Source of the DNA: Octopus vulgaris
Taxonomy: Eukaryota
Reading direction: 5' to 3'
Assembly: GCA_951406725.2 (NCBI GenBank)
Contig: OX597816.1
Span: 147,746,001-147,810,000 of the forward strand
Length of the DNA: 64,000 nt
The notes beneath the pieces are model-generated. The model did not search any database. It saw only the letters and a program-made list of their open reading frames with translations, and was not told where the DNA came from. How positions within the stretch are numbered: position 1 is the first letter of the stretch; each line of letters opens with the position of its first letter. Made by a program: the position numbers and the translations under genes. This document shows positions 1 to 14,925 of this stretch, in pieces.

Positions 1-247
1 TAAGTATAGAAATAGATATGTTACGTGAGATTAATTTTCAGGAGCTGATCACAGACTGCAATACCCAAATGCAGGAGAAAACTTTTCAAATATAAGTGAA
101 GTGGAAGTATACAAAAATAAACATTTTCCATTTTACTGTTAGTTTTCATTCATTTACAAATGTAAAAATTTATACTGTTTTATTATTGTTTATATTTTAA
201 ATTACATATATATGGGGGCACCAGGTATATATAATTATATATAAATT

Positions 248-294
<47 letters not shown>

Positions 295-409
295 GAGAGA
301 GAGAGAGGGGTGTCACTAAAGTAACTAAAGGTGCTGGTCAGCACCACTAATGCTAGAAATGAGAGTCAAAACAATTTATAACCGAACAAAATTGCGAATA
401 AGCTACCTT

Positions 410-467
<58 letters not shown>

Positions 468-1951
468 GAAAGGGATAAGAATGTGAGACTATAGATATGG
501 TCTTGTTCCTGCCTTTACTTTCTTGCCAAAAGTATGGATAGATGGATAGAATAAAGTATGTGTGCTATCATGCGAGAAAGATATTAACAATCTCTCTATT
601 GCACAAGCACCGTGTAATGTAATTTATAATACTTTCAAATAGATATGCATTTGTTATAACAGATATCCTAAAATATTTCCGCTTACTAAATTAGATGCAA
701 ACAATTTAATAATGCACCAAATATCTTTCTAAGTATATCTAGATGCTTTGAAGTCAATAACCTTGTTATAACTATGTTAATCAATTGTCGGTTTTCTTCC
801 ATAATTTCATTGCGATACGTAATGCGAATAGATTCCCTTGAAAATCCACTTATATATTTTAAAGGAAATATTTGTAAGACCCTTTGAAAAGAAAGAATAT
901 GAAAAAGACGAAGGAAGAATTATGTGAGGGATAACGTATATTTACTAACATTCTGTCAACGTGAAAATATGCAGAAATTTTAAAGACTATTATTTTAAAG
1001 ATGTTGCTTCTTTAATTACGCCATTAAAATCTAATCATTTCTTAGATATATCATTTCCTTCATATGCTTACATTTGTATAAATGTTTACTCCATTCGAAA
1101 AGTAATGGCCAATAATTTACTATTATTACGGAAGCCAAATACGTATTGTCATGAATATTAATGTCAAAAAGTGGTGAAAAATAGCGTGCGTTATTTTGCT
1201 CTGAGCCATTATTTTGTGAATTAAATTTTGATAGATTTGATTTTGTTATTCACAATTTCCGAGTCGATACAATATGTTGATTCAGGGGATTTTCTGACCA
1301 GATTAGGGGATCTAGGTTTTCATTGATTTCTTGAACAGTCGTAATGCGGTGGTTTTTCCGGTGGCGGGATAAGATATAAACTTAGAAAGCACAGTCAAAT
1401 TGAAACAGATAGGATGAGGGATCCCGTGTGATTCTCTACCAATTCTGCCACTTCCCTGCCCTGAATGTTTTTTTTTTTGTATGAACTCTAGAAGAATGAA
1501 ACCTAAATGTGACCTCAGCAAGATCTGAACCCAAAACACATTTAAGCGGAACAAATGCTGCAAAACATTTTATACAATACTTTCATGCCCTTCTTCACCA
1601 CAGACAAATAATTGTGGCTTTCTGCATTTATAAGAAGTACTAATTAGTTAAAACATACAAGACAGTAGAACACTTCTAAGAATTAGTTCCACAGAGTCTA
1701 CATTCGAAAATCTGTCCTCCTAGGACTAAGTTTACCTTTTCTGTTTACATTTGTGTGCAATGTCATCCCTTGTGTCCTTTACTTGAAAATTATTCACTGT
1801 TCGGCACTATAAGAAATCGTTATGGAAATAGAATAAATGCACAAGATTGTATGTAGCATTGCCGTGTGATGTACTACACTCTGGACATTAAATCAATATG
1901 ACATGCGATCGATTCCGTTTTTCATTTCCAGATCGATTGTCCATGAAAGTG

Positions 1952-1955
<4 letters not shown>

Positions 1956-2049
<94 letters not shown>

Positions 2050-2173
2050 CGTGTGTGTTTGTGCCTGTGTGAGTGTATGTGTGTCTCTGTATGTGTTTGT
2101 GTGCTCGTGAATCTCTGTGCGTGATTAGGTATATATGTATAAATACGTGTGTTTATACATATACATATATATG

Positions 2174-2209
<36 letters not shown>

Positions 2210-2249
2210 TGCACATGTGCATACATACATACATACATACATACATACA

Positions 2250-2280
<31 letters not shown>
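1956..2280. repeat. Compound microsatellite (TA)n-(TG)n-(TACA)n; representative of dozens of similar tracts in the window
   Basis: Direct reading; accounts for the YIYI/VCVC/YVCM ORFs. Confidence 0.95.
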
Positions 2281-2282
<2 letters not shown>

Positions 2283-3026
2283 TTCACATCAATGAACGAA
2301 TTTTCATCATAGTATTTTGAAGAATATTGATGTTAAGTTCAAGCGCCTAGATTCCACGGTTGTTAAAGAAATCTTCAAAGAAAACATTTCATATTTCTCT
2401 TCATTAAACATGGTTCGAGCATGCTAATGCATTATCGCACTCGTATAAAAATTTAACGATTTACTATAGAATTAAAACACATCGGTATTACGTTACTCAT
2501 TTTTACTCTCATAAGAGAGACCCAATGGTGAATGGGTAAATGCTAAATATTGCACTGTCATCGTCGAATAAGTTGAAAATATATAGAATTGTTTATGCAT
2601 ATTGGTAAAAGGATACAAACTTGTACTGGTGAAGTATTGAATCGATCATGAAAGCATCAAAATTTCGACAGCTGTAAGATTTTATTTCCCAACAGAGCGG
2701 TACAAAACTAAATATTGTAAAGTATTTAGTCTAGCCCTCTACTACGTGTAGTACTGCATCGTTTTCTTTGTCAAAGAAAATGATGCTGTGCAACGTGTCA
2801 TTACTTCTTTAATAGAGTCAAAACTACTGCTCTTAATTATTCTATGCTTTAGCAGAGTAGAAATCCAATAATATTTATAAATTGTTATAAATTGTAGTAG
2901 ATTAGAAGTCGGCAATCATGATCCTGTTGATACTAATACTAAAATCATTTAATGGTCGAGTTGTACATAGTTCATGATAATTCTTATATTGCAATCGACG
3001 ATGTGTTGTGCCAATGGTAAAGTGTA

Positions 3027-3076
<50 letters not shown>

Positions 3077-3078
<2 letters not shown>

Positions 3079-3172
3079 TTAAGGAATGGCTATTTCCGTG
3101 TCTTCTACACAGTTGTTGACCACTAGTGAACGCTAACTGTGTGGAAGACAAGGAAATCAACATTCCTTAACT
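3077..3172. repeat. Imperfect inverted repeat (38-bp arms) abutting a (TA)n tract
   Basis: 3077-3114 agttaaggaatggctatttccgtgtcttctacacagtt is the reverse complement of 3135-3172 with 5 mismatches; central palindrome cactagtg. Confidence 0.85.
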
Positions 3173-3448
3173 CTTCTATTCTTATTCGCAACCTCGGTTA
3201 TCCTGGTCGCCTACCGTTAAATATAAATAGAACTTTTTCATTTTAAACTTGTCGTTTGAGGATATCCCACATACCAGCAAAACCGAATATCGTACTTCGA
3301 TAAGAAAAAAAAAACTGAAACTTGTTTTTTTTATATTTACTATGGATTGTTTGAAGCCAACTTTTTTTCTACACCTCGATCCCTGGATTATGTGTGTAAG
3401 TGTGTGTGTGCCTCTGTGTGTGTGCCTCGTGTTTCTGAGTTTGATTGC

Positions 3449-3480
<32 letters not shown>

Positions 3481-5321
3481 GTGTGACGTTCAGTTCATCT
3501 AGCTGTCAGTAAGTTCCACATGTTGGCTTAGTTAAGAGCTGCATTCAATAGTGATAGAGTATAATTTATAATTCGACATTCATTCGCTTGTAGTCCTGTG
3601 TAGAATGTCACCGAGGGATAGAGTGTTCCATTAAGGGGTCCAGATATTTTTGTTAGTTTATTTAGTATATCATGGCAATGAAGCCTGGACTTTTATCCGC
3701 CAATATGGTAGGATTGAAATCCGACTGTTTTCAGATAAATGACGCAAGTATTCCATCACTTAATAGTTTTGTAATGTTTATTCTGTTCAATGAATGTGGG
3801 GGAAGCATTGAGGAATGTTGTTTCTGATAAAATTTATGATTAGTAGATTATACAGTTTTTCCAAAATAGATATAAATTGAAACTCACCGCAGAACGTCAT
3901 GAGAAACGCGCCAATGTAGAATATATGGTAATAAAATAATAAAACCCAACAATGAATCGAAACCCGCTTACGAAGTTACATTTCCGTGAGTAATATCTTG
4001 AAGCAGGTTTATTAAGTTTACCTGTTTACAGAGCATACATATTCCAGCGACACAGTTTAGAATGGATGACGAGAGCTAGACATGCATACAATCATGTACA
4101 TGTGTATGTGTGTCAAGCTATGTGTTTTATGTACGTATGTATATATGTATGTATGTATATATGTATGTATGTATGCATGTATGTATGTATGTATGTATGT
4201 ATGTATGTATGTATGCATGTGTGCATGTATGTGTGTGTGTATGTATGTATGTATATATGTATGTATGTATGTATGCATGCATGTATGTATTATGTATGTA
4301 TGTATGTATGTATGTATGTATGTATGTATGTATGTGTGTGTGTATGTATATATGTATAATTCATCAACCAAAACTTATCTGAAAGCTGTAACGTTTCGTT
4401 CAAACTACTTTATCATCGTGTGTCGTTATAGATGAAAGGGTATATCGGGCAGCTAAAGCAAAGCTTCTTGCAAATGAATTGTTCTAGAGAAATTGCACTA
4501 CTTCATAAGCTAAAGTTGTAAGCTTTGAGTTTCTTGCTATGTTGCCTGTTAGCAAGTTGCCGGTTTGAAATTGAGACACATAAATAATAGTCTCTTTTCA
4601 TCTAGGACGATCAACAACAATACGAATCGTTAGATAGTAAGCACCGAATAACAACGAACAATATTACTTTAAGTGCAATTTCTCAGAATTGTGGGCTTTT
4701 CCCATTAACTATGAAGTTTACTTGCGTTTTCACTTATCCCATAAATCTTGTTACATCTTCAAGATCACCTGATGTGCTAAGCTAACAAAGAGGGTCCAAT
4801 GATCAAATTAAATTGTGGCGACAATTGTATTAGACAGCGAACATAACGTAATTGATGGCATAAATTACAAAATGCTTTTCAGAACCAAAAATACATAGAT
4901 CGTATAAACAAAACGAATCTGTATGAGTGCGCAGAATGCATATATATGGAAAAAAAAAGGCTAGAATCAAGCCTCATATGGGAGGTGCCAGATATTACCA
5001 ACACGAAACCAAATATGCAAGGCTGGTTGCTTTCGCGTGTGTTGTTCCAAACGCGGCTTTTAAGGAGATACAGCAAATCTGTAAGATGCGTAAAATATAT
5101 CTGTGCCAATTCTGACATTTCTCCGATACAACCAACGATCATTCAGATACCAATATCACCTATTCATGCTTTGCTCTCTCTACGCTTCCTTGTTATACAC
5201 TCCATTATATTGATTTCTTCACCACAACTTTTATTCTCTAAGCATTATTCACTTGCTAATTACAGTGAAAAAAGCAAAACAAGTACATAAAATGGGCTCA
5301 TGGAAGTTCTCACACGTACAC

Positions 5322-5331
<10 letters not shown>

Positions 5332-5414
<83 letters not shown>
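5332..5414. repeat. (GATA)n microsatellite
   Basis: Direct reading. Confidence 0.95.
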
Positions 5415-5415
<1 letters not shown>

Positions 5416-5672
5416 TGCTTTCGACTATAATATATAAGTAGGTTTGAAGGCTATACACAGTTTACAGCAATAATACTTCATCCGAGAAATAAAAGTACTC
5501 AGCAGATATACAGTTGTTCTGTAGAGAAGCGTCATGTCTCTAATATTGTCATTATTTTGAAATAGAAAATAAACATTACGATAAACTTAACACAACACAA
5601 TTTCCTCACTTCATTAGCGTATATGTTTACTTCCTGCTTCTATATGCTTCATTCATTGATCTACTTTTTGTT

Positions 5673-5684
5673 ATAATAATAATG

Positions 5685-5781
<97 letters not shown>

Positions 5782-6220
5782 TAATAATAACATCAACAAC
5801 AACAATAACAACAGCAGGATAGATAGTTGCAGGAAGTAATGAGTAAAGAAGTAAGAAAAAGATTGCCAGCAGTAAAAGCTACCAACAGAAGGTAGCTGCT
5901 AGATATATCTAGTAAGTTCTGTTCCCAGAAGTATAGATATTAAAAATATGGATGACACTAACTTATTGATCTATGCAGGATGGGTAGTAGTTTCTAGAAG
6001 ACTAGATATTCCACAAGGAAAGATTAGAAAAGAGCAAATGTGGAAACGGAGAATGCAAAAAAGAAAAGAGAAGACTTTAAGACAAGGTCTGAGTAGAGTA
6101 GAAGTCTGAAAACTGAACAAGTTAGGAAACATAAGATTTAAATGTTCTCTTGAGAACAGATAATTAGTCAAAAAGAAAGGATGTGGGGCAGTCATCGCAG
6201 AGATGAAACAGTATTTAACA
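5673..6220 (+). mobile_element. (TAA)n tract followed by a decayed N-terminal fragment of a Dong/R4-like LINE ORF
   Basis: Translation includes LIYAG..VVSRRL..MWKRRMQK, resembling the WKRRL segment upstream of R4-clade RT; stops present. Confidence 0.5.
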
Positions 6221-6479
6221 TGAAGGGGCTTTTCTTGCAACTGTTTTATCATGATCCGTTGCTGTTCCAGTTTTAGTTTTGATTTACGTTGTTTTACAAC
6301 TTTTGGTGTTTCTTCTTGTTCTTCATAATCTTTATCCCCTAAGTTTTGTATTGGACAGCTTCCTTAAAGACTGGTAACAGTTTTCTTTTATTCGTGGGAT
6401 TGTTTTTTTGTGGGGGGGGCGGGGCTATGTCTATTATTTTTCCTTTCTTCCGAAGTAGGTATTTTTGTAGTGCTATGGT

Positions 6480-8170
6480 GGTTATTTTGTAATAGTTTTC
6501 TAGCTGTATAAGGCCTCTACCTTATATACATTGTATATATAGTCTTTCTTAGGGTGCGCATCCTAAGTAGTGTCATTATTTTTCTTGTTTTCCTGTCTAT
6601 TTTGGTTTGTTCATTTAGAGTGCAGTTAAGAATATTGTAGTTGTAACTTATATCTGAGGCGGCTAGTGTGTTGATACCTATTATCTTGCTTTTCGCATTG
6701 AGCTCTGTTTTCAATATTAATTTTACTCGTCTATAGTATTCTTTTTTCTCGCCTCTTTCGTGTGTGTTGTATAGTATTTAGTTCATACATTCCTAAGTAT
6801 TTGTACGTCTGGCTTTGGTCTAATACTCTTATTTCATTTGCTTAATCGAGTGCGATGTTTCTACCCTTAACTAGTTTTCCTATTTTCAAGGTTGTTTTGA
6901 CAAATTTTGACAAATAGACATTTCATGCTTATTTGTTTAGTAAATCCATGTGCTGTCTGTAGTAACGTGTCCAGCTGTTTATCATTTGTAGCGTACAGTT
7001 CTGGATCATCCGTATACAAGAGATGACTGAATGTTTTGCCGTAACAGTTGTATCTATAACCAGTTCTGCTTAGCATGTTAGATAAAGGTACCAGTGGCAA
7101 GCAGAAAAGGAGTGGAGAGAGCGTCTTTCCCTGGAATATTTCTCTTCTAACGGGGATGGCTTTGTTTTTCTCGAGGCCTTTTTTCTCAGGAGCTGTAGCA
7201 CTGTCTGCCATTTGTTCATGGACTGTTTTATATATCTTATGAGTATTGGTGCTACCTTGTTCGTAGCAAGAGTTTCTAAGATCTATGTGTGTGGAATACT
7301 GTCGAAAGCCTTTCGGTAATCGATCCAAGTCATACTTTGACGCTTCTTCTTTCTGCGGTTGTCATCACTTAGGGCTTTATTGATCGGTAGATAATCTTTA
7401 CAGCTGTATGAGCACTTGCACCATCCCTTCTACTCGTCTGGAAACAGGTGGTGTGTTTCTCAGATGTTTCCCATTCTCTGCGATTTTATTGTAGTAAAGG
7501 CATTGTAAATTGTAGCAGACAATTATCGGTCTGAATTTTTGTGAATTTGCCGTTTCAGTGGATTTAGCAATTATGATAGTTTTATTCTGATATGCACTGA
7601 ATAACCCATTCTGCTGGTATCCCTTCATTCTTTGGTCGTATCTTACCATCTTTGCTTTCTTTGCAACGAGGGGCTGTTTCAGTTCCTCCATTACTAATTT
7701 CAGGTCCTTTCTGTCAGTATCATACTTCCTGTTCAGTGCCCTATATTTTGTTCGCTTTTAAGCCTTCCTTTTTATATTCGCTCTAATACAGAAATATCTT
7801 TCGAGAGCATATCTAACCCCGCCTGTATTCTTTTTTGCACAGTAGATCTTTTCTTTTATCACTCCCATTATATTTCTCTTACTTGACATCAACACCCACA
7901 TTTTCTGCTACAACAATATTTGCTGCCTTGATCAAATTATTTTTTTCTGTGATGTTTTTTTCTTCTGATGTATTTCAGAATTTCTTTCATATTTTTTAGT
8001 TCTTGGTTCAATTTCCACCGATCGAACTTTTGAAGGTTGCGAATAATGTCGCTCTCGTCCTGCTGTAGCCTTGCCTTTATTGCTGTAGACTGCCTTTTGC
8101 CCATATTTTTGCACATTTTGCTTTATTGTCTTCTTCTAAACCATCTGTATGCCTCTCATCGAGCAAGCTA
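6480..8170 (-). mobile_element. Decayed Dong/R4-like (RLE-type) LINE, RT and pre-RT fragments
   Basis: ORF 6867-7328: RREIFQGKTLSPLLFCL and HLLYTDDPELYA (RT GIFQGDSLSP and YMDD motifs); ORF 6517-6714: AKSKIIGINTLA..IDRKTRKIMT. Confidence 0.85.
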
Positions 8171-8180
8171 TCAACGTTAC

Positions 8181-8184
<4 letters not shown>

Positions 8185-8268
<84 letters not shown>

Positions 8269-8860
8269 GACTTTGCACAGTATACAATGTCGTAAGGTTG
8301 TTGATTAAAAATAATGTGTCTACCGGGGATCTGTACTGTTTGTCGAGTCACAGTAAGGACTGCAGACAGGCAGTACTTTGCTCAATATGCGTGCAGTTCC
8401 AAGTAATGCCGACTTTTGCAATACACCTGGATTGCAGGGTATTTCTGAGGATGTCAGATGCTTTTTTCAGACTGGGTGGTATTGAACTCAATGATCCAAT
8501 GACAGTAGGGTTAAACTTTATTTTTGATTCTCGTAGCTGCCATATCTTAGCCATCTCAATTCTCAGGTCTCCACATTTATCAACCTTTTCTCTTTCTTTG
8601 ATGATGATATGTTCATCTCCTGTTACTGCCACCTCAATACTTAGGCACTCTTGTTTGTCGCTCCTAAAGGTTACTACATCCGGCCTTCTATCAGTAATTA
8701 AAAAAATAACAAAGTGGATTGGTTCTTTTCAAGGCCAAGTTCAGAGCTCTCTTTGGTCGTAAACACATTTTCCCTCTGCTGACTCAAAGTGTGTGGGGCT
8801 TCTTTTGTCTCCTTATCGCAAAGGTATATCCATTGCTAACCCTCACATATTTGTGATTAT
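8185..8860 (-). mobile_element. 3' end of a Dong/R4-like LINE (restriction-like endonuclease) ending in (TAA)n
   Basis: RRPDVV..EVAVTGDEHIIIKEREKVDKCGDLRIEMAKIW..VIGSL (PD-D/ExK-type RLE C-terminus); (TTA)n at 8185-8268 on + strand. Confidence 0.8.
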
Positions 8861-8867
8861 CTCAAGT

Positions 8868-9458
<591 letters not shown>

Positions 9459-9502
9459 AAGAAGAAGAAGAAGAAGAAGAAGAAGAAGAAGAAGAAGAAG
9501 AA

Positions 9503-10404
9503 GAAGCTCAGGACTCAAAGCAGAAGCTCAGGACTCAAATAAGAAGCTCAGGACTCAAAGCAGAAGCTCAGGACTCAAAGTAAGAAGCTCAGGACTCAAA
9601 GCAGAAACAGAGGGATTTTTAATTGTAAGAAGCTCAGGACTCAAAGCAGAAACAGAGGGATTTTTAATTGCAGCACAAGACCAAAGCCTCCCCACGAGAA
9701 ATTACCAAAAACATGTAATGAAAAGAAATATTACAAGTAACTGCAGAATATGTGGAGATGGACAAGAAACAATAAATCATATTATCTCTAGCTGCCCAGT
9801 CTTGGCTAAGAAGGAATATATTCACAGACATGACAGAGTTGGAACCTACATACATTGGAAGCTATGCCAACATTATGGAATAACAACAGAAAAAAGATGG
9901 TATAGGCACACACCAGAAAAGGTCACAGAAAACGAGAAAGCAACCATACTCTGGGATATGCCGATACACACAGATAGAGAAATTAAGGCCAACAGACCAG
10001 ATATAGTTGTCAGAGATCATGAAGAAAAAAATGCTTTCTAATTGATGTATCAATACCGGCTGATGACAACGTGTCTCTAAAAGAAATGGAGAAACTCTCA
10101 AAATACAAAAACCTGAAAATAGAGGTAACTAGAATGTGGAATCTGAAAACAGAAACAATTCCTATCATAGTAGGTGCATTAGGCATGATAAAAAAATATT
10201 CAGACAAATACATAACAAAAACACCAGGACTTACAAACACATATAACATACAGAAAATTGCACTACTAGGCACTGCACACATCCTACGCAGAACACTTTC
10301 CATACAATAACCATTAGAGCATCACAACAAATCACAGCACATACCCAAGGCACACAGAGCTGCGCTCGGTAGTGAAGTGAAAGCACGCTATAAAAATAAA
10401 ACTA

Positions 10405-10456
<52 letters not shown>

Positions 10457-10467
10457 TAATAATAATG

Positions 10468-10535
<68 letters not shown>
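9503..10535 (+). mobile_element. 5'-truncated, fairly recent Dong/R4-like LINE: CCHC knuckle, RLE domain, 3' UTR and (TAA)n tail
   Basis: ETEGFLIAAQDQSLPTRNY, CRICGDGQETINHIISSC, RHDRV, ILWD, RPDIVV, then (frameshift) IDVSIP..KEMEKLSKYKNL..PIIVGALG..LRRTLS; ends actactgaa(TAA)n. Confidence 0.93.
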
Positions 10536-10736
10536 TTAGCCAAAACACATGTGGGGTCAGACGAAATATTAACAATGACAGATAGTCAAAAGATTAAAAT
10601 AATAATATCAGTGATGATAAAAATAATAATGAAAGTAAGCGGTTGGTATTTCCCCATGTCCTGATTGATGACACAACTAGTGATGGTGTCACAAAAAAGA
10701 ACTGGTAATTGCGCAACCTGATAATAGCTACCTCAT

Positions 10737-11290
10737 ATGAGTGACAATGAAAAAAACAATATAATGTGAATAATGGTGGTAACGAAACTGAATCCCTTAA
10801 TGGTGACAGTGTTGCTGTCAGAGATATTGGTCTGACTCCAGCCGGTCGTTATCCTGGAAGAGGCCATTACGCACGGCGTAGATGGAACAAACAAGTCAAT
10901 GCAGTGCTTATGAAGTGTTACTACTTTAGCAAACCTATAGACGATAATGGTGTTCATATTAGGGGATACCGACAACGTATATATGATCGATGAAGACAAA
11001 GAGGATTGTTTCAACTCACGAACAGAGATTATGTAATCAAGCTAGAGCAATATGAAAAAAATCGTTGGCTCACAGAAGGAGAGCTCGAAGCTATCAAAAG
11101 ACGGGTATTGGAAATCGGGTATTGAAAAACAGCAGCATTGGAAACGATGAAAATACAGTTCCTACTGATAAATGTAATCTCATAGCAGAAATCATAAGTG
11201 AGATCTCTAATAAACCACAGGAAAGACACAGTTAAAGTTTGCATGGGCATTAGACAAACTAACCAGTTTAGACAGAAAGACAAGGAAGTT
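10737..11290 (+). mobile_element. Decayed N-terminal ORF region of a Dong/R4-like LINE
   Basis: RRRWNKQVNAVLMKCYYFSKP..RGYRQRIYDR..QRLCNQARAI..NRWLTEGELE resembles the R4-clade N-terminal domain. Confidence 0.7.
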
Positions 11291-11295
11291 GGTGA

Positions 11296-13025
11296 CTACA
11301 TATGGGATACTCGCTTATTCAATATTACAATATCCGGTCGACAGTGTGCGATTATACGATCCGTCTGAAAATCAAATTCACAGAGTGTCGTTAATTTTCC
11401 TCCCTCCTGCATAAATTTACTTGGTGCATGTTCATACCTGTTCTCTGTTACTTCATATAGGTATTTACAGCATAAGAGCCAATGAAGATACACATACACT
11501 TTATCGTGGCGGCGCTTGTATTCTCTTTATGCAAGGCTCTCACAACCCCTTACAAAGTGGGTCACATTTTCGACACTCTTTCCACAGGGTCTGCATTTCA
11601 GAGTCTCAGAAGTGTATAGATGCTATACTTCACTGACTTAGTAGCGAGAGCCTGGTCTTGTGCAGCAATGATCAGGTTTTCGGTGGCACGCTTCAAAGAC
11701 CTCACTCAAACCATGCCCACGATGCTGTATTATTCTTCACGTCTTGCGTATAGCTTTCAAACTGTCCATGCATTCTCATTTCCAGATCTTCTTGTCTCTT
11801 CTCTTCTCTTTGGTTAAAGTCTTCCTTCCCAAAATTTCATCTGCATTAACAACCTTATCTTTCGCGGCATATTGCAGCAGGTCTTCATCACTATTTATCA
11901 AATACTCGGCAAGCGTTCTCCTTCCACTACTAATACAATGGTCTATACTAATTAGTCCTCTGCCACCATCCTTTCTTCTTCTTCTTCTTCTTCTTCTTCT
12001 TCTTCTTCTTCTTCTTCTTCTTCTTCTTCTTCTTCTTCTTCTTCTTCTTCTTCTTCTTCTTCTTCTTCCTCTACTACCATTCTTTCTATTCATATACAGT
12101 CTGTTTACGTTTGCTTTAGACTGTAGCACCCCATGCAGCGTCATCAACTTTCTCGTCCTTTTATCCATTGTTGATATTTCTTCCTTAGTCCATTTGAGGA
12201 TGGATGCGCTATATCTGACCACCGCAACTACCCACATATATTCATTCCGGTAATTGAATTTTTGGCATTCAGGTTGGATTTCAACACCATTTTCACCTTC
12301 TTTGATACGCCTCGCTGACCGTTACTTTCATTTCTCTGTGGAGAATGTCATCCAGCTCCAAAATCCATAAATATCTATACCTCCCAGCCCCCACCCACCC
12401 ACCGTCGGGTTCACCCATGGGCTCCCCTGTTGGTAAACGCAATCCTCTGCAGGCTGCTTTCTTCCCTTTTTTCATATTAAATACTGAACATTCGGTAATC
12501 TAAATTCTATACTGATATCCCTGTATCCTTTCTGGACTGTATTGGTCGAGTAATCTATATCTATTTTTCAGATTTCCCAAACAATTACAGATCATCCATA
12601 AACAGAAGATGGTTCAATGATGGGCGTTGGTTCCCACATAGGAAATCAATCTTAACTTTCCTAGGTGCCATTGTTATGAGTATTAGTGCAATTACGAATA
12701 GTATCAGAGAAAACGAGTAACCTTGATAGATGCCCCTTTTAATATTAACTTCACCATGGAATACATTACTTGAGTACGAATTGGTTTTCCACAACTTCAT
12801 GCTATTCATCAGAAAATTTGTGATATTGTCAGTAACACCAAACATCTGCAAGCATTCAAAGATCCAAGAATGAGGCATCATATCATGTGTCTTTTTAAAG
12901 TTAATCCAAGAGATATACATGTTTGTATGATGTTTTTTACAATGCTTCAAAACTGTTTTATAGATGACCAGGTGATCCTTGGCGCCCTAAGGTCTCTTCC
13001 TACATCCCTTTGTTTGCCAAGGAGT
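11296..13025 (-). mobile_element. Decayed Dong/R4-like LINE (RT, thumb, CCHC, start of RLE) with an internal (AAG)n
   Basis: WINFKKTHDMMPHSWI, KRGIYQG..FS, NHLLFMDDL, MDKRTRKLMT..RLY..GGRGL, CRPDIV. Confidence 0.9.
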
Positions 13026-13069
13026 ATATATTATTTTTATTATATTTTCTTCTTCTTCTTCTTCTTCTT

Positions 13070-13152
<83 letters not shown>

Positions 13153-13196
13153 CATCATTATTATTATTATCATTATTATTATTATTATTATTATTG

Positions 13197-13752
13197 AGTG
13201 AGAGAGCAGTTCATGCCATCAAAGTGACACTGGGGTAAAATATACGAAGCCCAGTATACCCATCATGACTACCCGTCTGATAAGGGTACACCAGGCACAT
13301 GCATCTCAACCATATGTGCGCGACATGGTGATCTCATATCAAGATAAACAGCACATGACCTTGCTGGTGGGGCCCAGTTAGAATTTTCTTCAGGTTGAGT
13401 AGCCCATACCGCTCAAAGGGTACCTGAATAAGGGTTGTTTAAGGATGTTGAAAGAACCACCCATGTTTCCAGAGGTGAATTATTCAAACCCCAAAGAATC
13501 CCTCTCAACACATGGCTATGATGCTCCCCCACTACTTCTGCTCGTGATCAGAGATGCACATATCGTCAGCCACTAAGGGACATGCTCAACTGGTTATGGT
13601 CAAACAACTGACAAGCAAATCTGTGGTATTGAGCAGAATATTTGCTGTAGCCCATCTTTTATACCAAGACAAAACAATGTACATGATAACACCTCCAATC
13701 AGTTAAGATCAGAAGCCATGAGAGCCACTGCCTGGTACTGCATCAGGGCATA
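13197..13752 (-). mobile_element. Non-coding interspersed repeat (SINE-like / non-autonomous retroelement) inserted in (TAA)n
   Basis: Flanked by (TTA)n on both sides; a second, diverged copy is at about 14926-15367; no ORF. Confidence 0.75.
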
Positions 13753-13761
13753 CATGCTCAA

Positions 13762-13827
<66 letters not shown>

Positions 13828-13839
13828 TCTTTCGTAACA

Positions 13840-14395
13840 CAGTGTAGGTAATAAATGCACCGGAGTCTTTAGTTATCTGTCAAGTCACAACAAGGATCTC
13901 AAACAGAAAATACTTTCCTTAAGATATGCGCTGTGCCCAATAAGGCTGCTTTTTGCAAGACATCAATCTTGCCTGGGAGTTCCAGTTGCCTTAAGAAGTC
14001 TTTAAATTTCAGTGGGATTAGACCCACGCTTCGATCACCACTAGTATCACTTTTACATTACCCTCTCGCATTCCATACAGTCTTCCCAGTTTCACTTTCA
14101 ATTCGGAGTACTTGGTGATATTTTCAACCTCTTTACTCACAACATTCATGTCATTTGGTATGGCTATATCAATGATCTAACAGTATTTGTCTCTCTTATT
14201 CAATATAACAATATCCGACCGACTGTTTTCGATTACACAATCCTCTGAAAATCATAGTCCCAGAGTATCGTTACTTTTCCATCCTCCTGCATAACTTTAC
14301 TTGGCACATGCTCATACCAGTTCTCTGTTGCTTCACATTGGTATTTATACACAAGAGCCAATGAAGATACACAGATACATCGTGGCCGCGCTTGT
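13840..14395 (-). mobile_element. 3' portion (RLE domain) of another Dong/R4-like LINE copy
   Basis: WYEHVPSKVMQEDGKVTILWDYDF; DIVILNKRDKY..IDIAIPND; LQKAALLGTAHILRK; flanked by (TTA)n. Confidence 0.8.
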
Positions 14396-14398
14396 ATA

Positions 14399-14458
<60 letters not shown>

Positions 14459-14925
14459 AATAATATTATCATCATCATCATCATCATCATTATCACTATC
14501 ACCATCATCATCGCTACATTATAGTTTCAGATTTCAACTACATCACTAGCTAAATCACCGTGATTTCTTTTTTTTTTTAGTGTGTGTGTACATACTTTTC
14601 CTGGTTATTGCAATACATCAGTGCCTTTTATTATGGAATTTGACTGCACCTTTCTAAAGATTAGAAAGAAACTTATTGCATCTTTTGTTAAAGATATTTA
14701 AATACCGTGCGTTCGATGTTTGCTTTGTTCACTTGTTCGTACGTGAGTTGTATAAACATTGTATTTGCTGATGAGTAAGCGAAAAAGTGCAATGTGCATT
14801 TGTGTAGTAATGAAAATGCATATGTGATTAACTCTAGCACTCACAGTTCTGTTTGCAATGGGTTTCGCAGCTCCTCGTGGTGTTTACACTTTCTCGCACG
14901 TTGCACTGCGGTAAACATCATTATT

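Noticed and set aside
4385-4421. Minus-strand augauaa..gaaacguua HHR-like relic next to (TATG)n
   Set aside because: Stems I and II are too weak to support; could be chance.
1893-4435. Many ORFs with YIYI, VCVC, YVCM, poly-I/N/L/R tracts (here and throughout the window)
   Set aside because: Translations of microsatellites; no coding evidence.
14765-14805. CTGATGA-gtaagc-GAAA hammerhead-like string
   Set aside because: No UH triplet in register after helix III and no stem I.
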